Source: Podarcis vaucheri
Taxonomy: Eukaryota
DNA: 64,000 nt
Reading direction: 5' to 3' (one strand)
Assembly (NCBI GenBank): GCA_965113315.1
Contig: OZ220364.1
Shown here: positions 60,657 to 64,000 of the stretch, one piece after another
Layout of the letters: every line of letters starts with the position of its first letter
Position numbering within the stretch: position 1 is the first letter of the stretch
The notes under the pieces: model-generated
Database searches by the model: none
What the model saw: the letters and a program-made list of their open reading frames with translations, nothing else
Told to the model about the DNA's origin: nothing
Program-made: the position numbers and the translations under genes

Positions 60657-61239
60657 TACATCTTTGACATTGCCAACTGTCAATTCCAATACAGTATTTT
60701 ACAATGGTGACAATTCATTTTATTTTTTGTTTAATTTGTTCAGGACTTTTGAATGCTGCCTGATGACATAAAGTTCTCAGGGTAACTTACAAATAACACA
60801 TTTAACTGTGCATCAAGTAATAAGATATGTGGGCCAACCATCCTCTCCCAAACTGATCAATGTTCTAAACTCAGGAGTGAGGGTAGCAGTTTCAGTTCAT
60901 GATTAAGATAGGAATATACAAATTTGGATTTGGATTTTTAACACATTAGATATCTATTCTTAACACATTTAAGTACTTTTGGCTTGTGGTTTGAATTAAG
61001 TCGCTATGAATAAAGAGATAAAACTTTTCAAAAAAAGATTTGGATGAAAAGGGGGAAAACTGTTACATGCTTACAAATTACTACACAGCATATAAGACTG
61101 TGACGGTACAGCTAAGTTCACAGTAGTCAAAGGCATCGTTGTCATCCCCAGTCATGCCCATCTTTCTCCTGCCATCCATTGCTGAAGCTATGCTGCATCT
61201 CACAAGAACACTTTTTTGGATTACTTTTATTGAGAAGAG

Positions 61240-62040
61240 GACAGGAGAAGCCTGACCCTGTTGCGACTACTCACTCCTTTACATGTTATACCATTGGACA
61301 TGGTATCCTTCTAGACCAACTTGGTAGATTGGGTGTTGGAGGCAATGTGCCTCAGTGCTGCCACCCCTATCTCTGGGACCAATTTCAGAGAGTGGCATTT
61401 CCAAGGCCCCTGGCAGTTATGTTGTGGGTTGTACCCAATGCTGTTTAACATATATGTGAACTGGTTGAACATCTATGTAAAGTAAAGTCGTTTCTTAATC
61501 TTAATCTTGGGCTCCACAGATGATGTTCGGCTACAATTCCCATAATCCCTAACCACTGGTCCTGCTAGTTAGGGATAATGGGAGTTGTAGTCCAACAACA
61601 TCTTGATGCCTAAGGTCGAGAAAGGCTGCTTTAGGGTATTTGGAGAATGGTGTCGCCACTATGCTACCACCCAATGCTATTTCTGTTCAACATCAAAGTC
61701 ATATGTGGTTGTGCAAGTCCTAGGACAGTATTTAGGATGAACCCCAGCAAATTAGAAGCCTTGTGGGCAAGTGGTTTCTGGGTCTGGGATATCACTCAGT
61801 GGCCTGTTCATGCACTGACAACCCTGACTCGGGCATTGAGAACTGCAAGAATGGACAACTACAATGCACTTTATGTGAAACTGCCCTTAAGGTTGACCAG
61901 AAACTGCAGCAGGTGTAGCATACAACAGCTAGGCTGGTGAGTGGTGCAACTTTCCACCAGCATGCAACATCTCTATTAAAAGAACTGCACTGGGCCAAGT
62001 TTACAGTTTTGTTATTAATTTACAAAGTTTTAAACAACCT
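61240..62040 (+). mobile_element. Degraded L2-type LINE fragment with a palindromic MITE-like insert (~61500-61630)
   Basis: HGILLDQLGRLGVGG, MNPSKLE and RMDNYNALYVKLPL motifs in different frames. Confidence 0.55.
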
Positions 62041-63429
62041 ACATTTCTAGATTCCTTGATACCAAACTTGAAAGCAAATCTAGCTGAACAATAACATATT
62101 TTTCCTCTGGGAATTCAACTAGACCTAGAAGTATGCTCTAGGATACAGAATTTCAGCATGTGGGGGAGGGGTAGGCAGCTGATCCACAACATTCATTTAA
62201 AGCATATTCAGCATAAATTTGAAGCATATGGCTTCTCCCAAAGAATCATGGGAACTGCATCTTGCAACTGCTCTGAGAGGGTGAAACTACATTCCCCAGT
62301 TTGGGGGGAAGTAACGTGCTTTAAATGTGCATTGCATGTGCTTTAAATGTATGGTGTAGATCTGCCCTCAGTTCACTACTGCTGGAGAAAGAGTACTATT
62401 TTAAGTATTACTTTAGCATTTTGCTATGGTGAAACTCTACCTGCTGCAGAATGAAATTTTCCATCTGTCTGTGTATCCATTTCAGTGTAACATTATTTAG
62501 GACCTGTTGCAGTAAAAGATTTCCTGTTGTATGGATATTCTGGAACTTTATATACAGCTCTAATTTACTAGGTCTTGTTAGATGTATGGCAGGCTTTTTA
62601 TTAAAATGTAATGTATAAACATGCATGATTACATTTTAATAAAAAGCATTTCAGCTGAACATGTTTGTCACACAGCGGATGCGATTTTCTCTTGGCAAAT
62701 GGAAGTTTATAAATGCAAGGCTCCACAGCATTCATTAATATGCTACTAAATAAATCCTCCCCTTTATTATTGGAACTATGTCAGAATGCCAGATCAAGCC
62801 AGTCAGAGAGAAAGACAGATGGGATGCCAGAGAAACTCTCTAAAACACTGCATCAGCTATCGGCAAAAGCATACTATCCACACATCAATATTAGTTACTA
62901 CTCTGAAGTTTAAGATGGAGAAGAGAGAGCTAGAATATTAGATACAGACCCTGTATAAGAAAGCAGATGCACAAGTACCATTTGCAGAATGAAGTATGAA
63001 GCTCAGTCATTTCTTATTTTGTGACAAATGCTGCTAGCAAAACTACTTCCAGCATTGCTTTCAGGAGACATATCATGGAAGTCACACATGTCTCTCAAAA
63101 AAAGAAAATGGAATGCTGGTGCATTATTTTGGACAGAAATGGAAAGCATCCAAAGGCATATTTGGAGTTTGTGGATCTTTCACTGGTCAACACATGTATT
63201 ACCTTCTGACATCTTAAAACACAAGTATGACTCTATGCAGGAAGTGGGTATAAAATAACTAAATTTAAAAGTGACTTCCTGAGCACAATTTTCTAATATA
63301 GAAAATAAAAACATGAAAATGAAATTAGATTCACTGGTCTCTATGGTAGTAAAAGTGTGGAAACTCCCCCACCTCCCCACACAGTACTGATCCCTAGGAC
63401 GCAAAAACGCAAATGACTTTTAAGGACTT

Positions 63430-63870
63430 CTAAGAGCATAAGGAGAGCTCTGCCAGTGGTCAAGCAGGTGCTCATGACAAGCCTGCAAGCATCCCCCCCC
63501 CCAAGCCCATTCCTAGCAACTGGTGTTCAGAATAAAACTTGTTCCAGTGGTGGAGGCAGAGTACAGGTATCATGGCCTACAGCCGCTGATATCCTTATCC
63601 TTCATCAATTTGTCTAATCCTCTTTTAAAGCCACCCAAGCTGGTGACCATTCCTACATCTTGTGGGATTGAACTGCATAGTTTAACTATGTGCTATGTGA
63701 AGGAATACTTTCTTTAGTTTGTCTCGAATCTTCAAACACTTAGCTTCATTTATATAACTGCATTGTGATGTTGACAGTTTCATTTCAGTCCATTTCCTAA
63801 TGATCCTTACCATGGAATCCATCTTTTTCACAGTTGCCATGCACTAGGGTCAACATCTTCATTGATCTCT
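63430..63870 (-). mobile_element. Old CR1-like LINE 3' fragment
   Basis: Resembles a reverse-complemented CR1 ORF2 end by eye; degraded; boundaries approximate. Confidence 0.4.
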
Positions 63871-64000
63871 CCATGACAGCCCTCACACCTCCTTCCCAGG
63901 GCCACTGCCCCAGGAGCTGCTTCCTCTTCCCTGCCTAGGGCCACCAAAAAAGGCCTCAAGGGCCACAGGCAGCCCACGGGCCACATGTTGGATTACTGTG

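Noticed and set aside
1-64000. miR-218-2, which is hosted in a SLIT3 intron
   Set aside because: Its known host intron lies further 5' in the gene and I did not see the mature sequence here; not checked by an exhaustive search.
55407-64000. A further SLIT3 exon (LRR-NT of domain 4)
   Set aside because: No matching cysteine-rich exon found by eye; probably beyond the window.

Overview
Vertebrate genomic DNA. The repeat content suggests a squamate, probably a lacertid lizard (inference). The whole window lies inside a SLIT3 gene on the minus strand. Twelve GT-AG coding exons (55406 down to 247; 1407 nt, phases all compatible) encode the LRRs and LRR-CT of the 4th LRR domain, EGF1-6 and the start of the laminin-G domain. 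The introns hold MITEs (Tc1/mariner- and hAT-type), L2 and CR1 fragments, a SINE and solo LTRs. The highlight is an apparently intact, very young 8.1-kb tyrosine-recombinase retrotransposon of Ngaro type (32683-40781, minus strand). It has identical split direct repeats (A1...B1-A2-spacer-B2) and four open ORFs: Gag-like with a zinc finger, RT/RNase H, tyrosine recombinase and an SGNH hydrolase. It is nested in a solo LTR, ~0.4 kb from a SLIT3 exon and in the same orientation as SLIT3. The sequence also suggests how the element works: a UUU_CGN +1 frameshift motif joining Gag to Pol, a strong splice acceptor in front of the hydrolase, a loxP-like arm-spacer-arm site at the B1/A2 junction with a shared TTG crossover core, and splice/poly(A) signals that could trap SLIT3 transcripts. 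These mechanisms are inferences that need testing.
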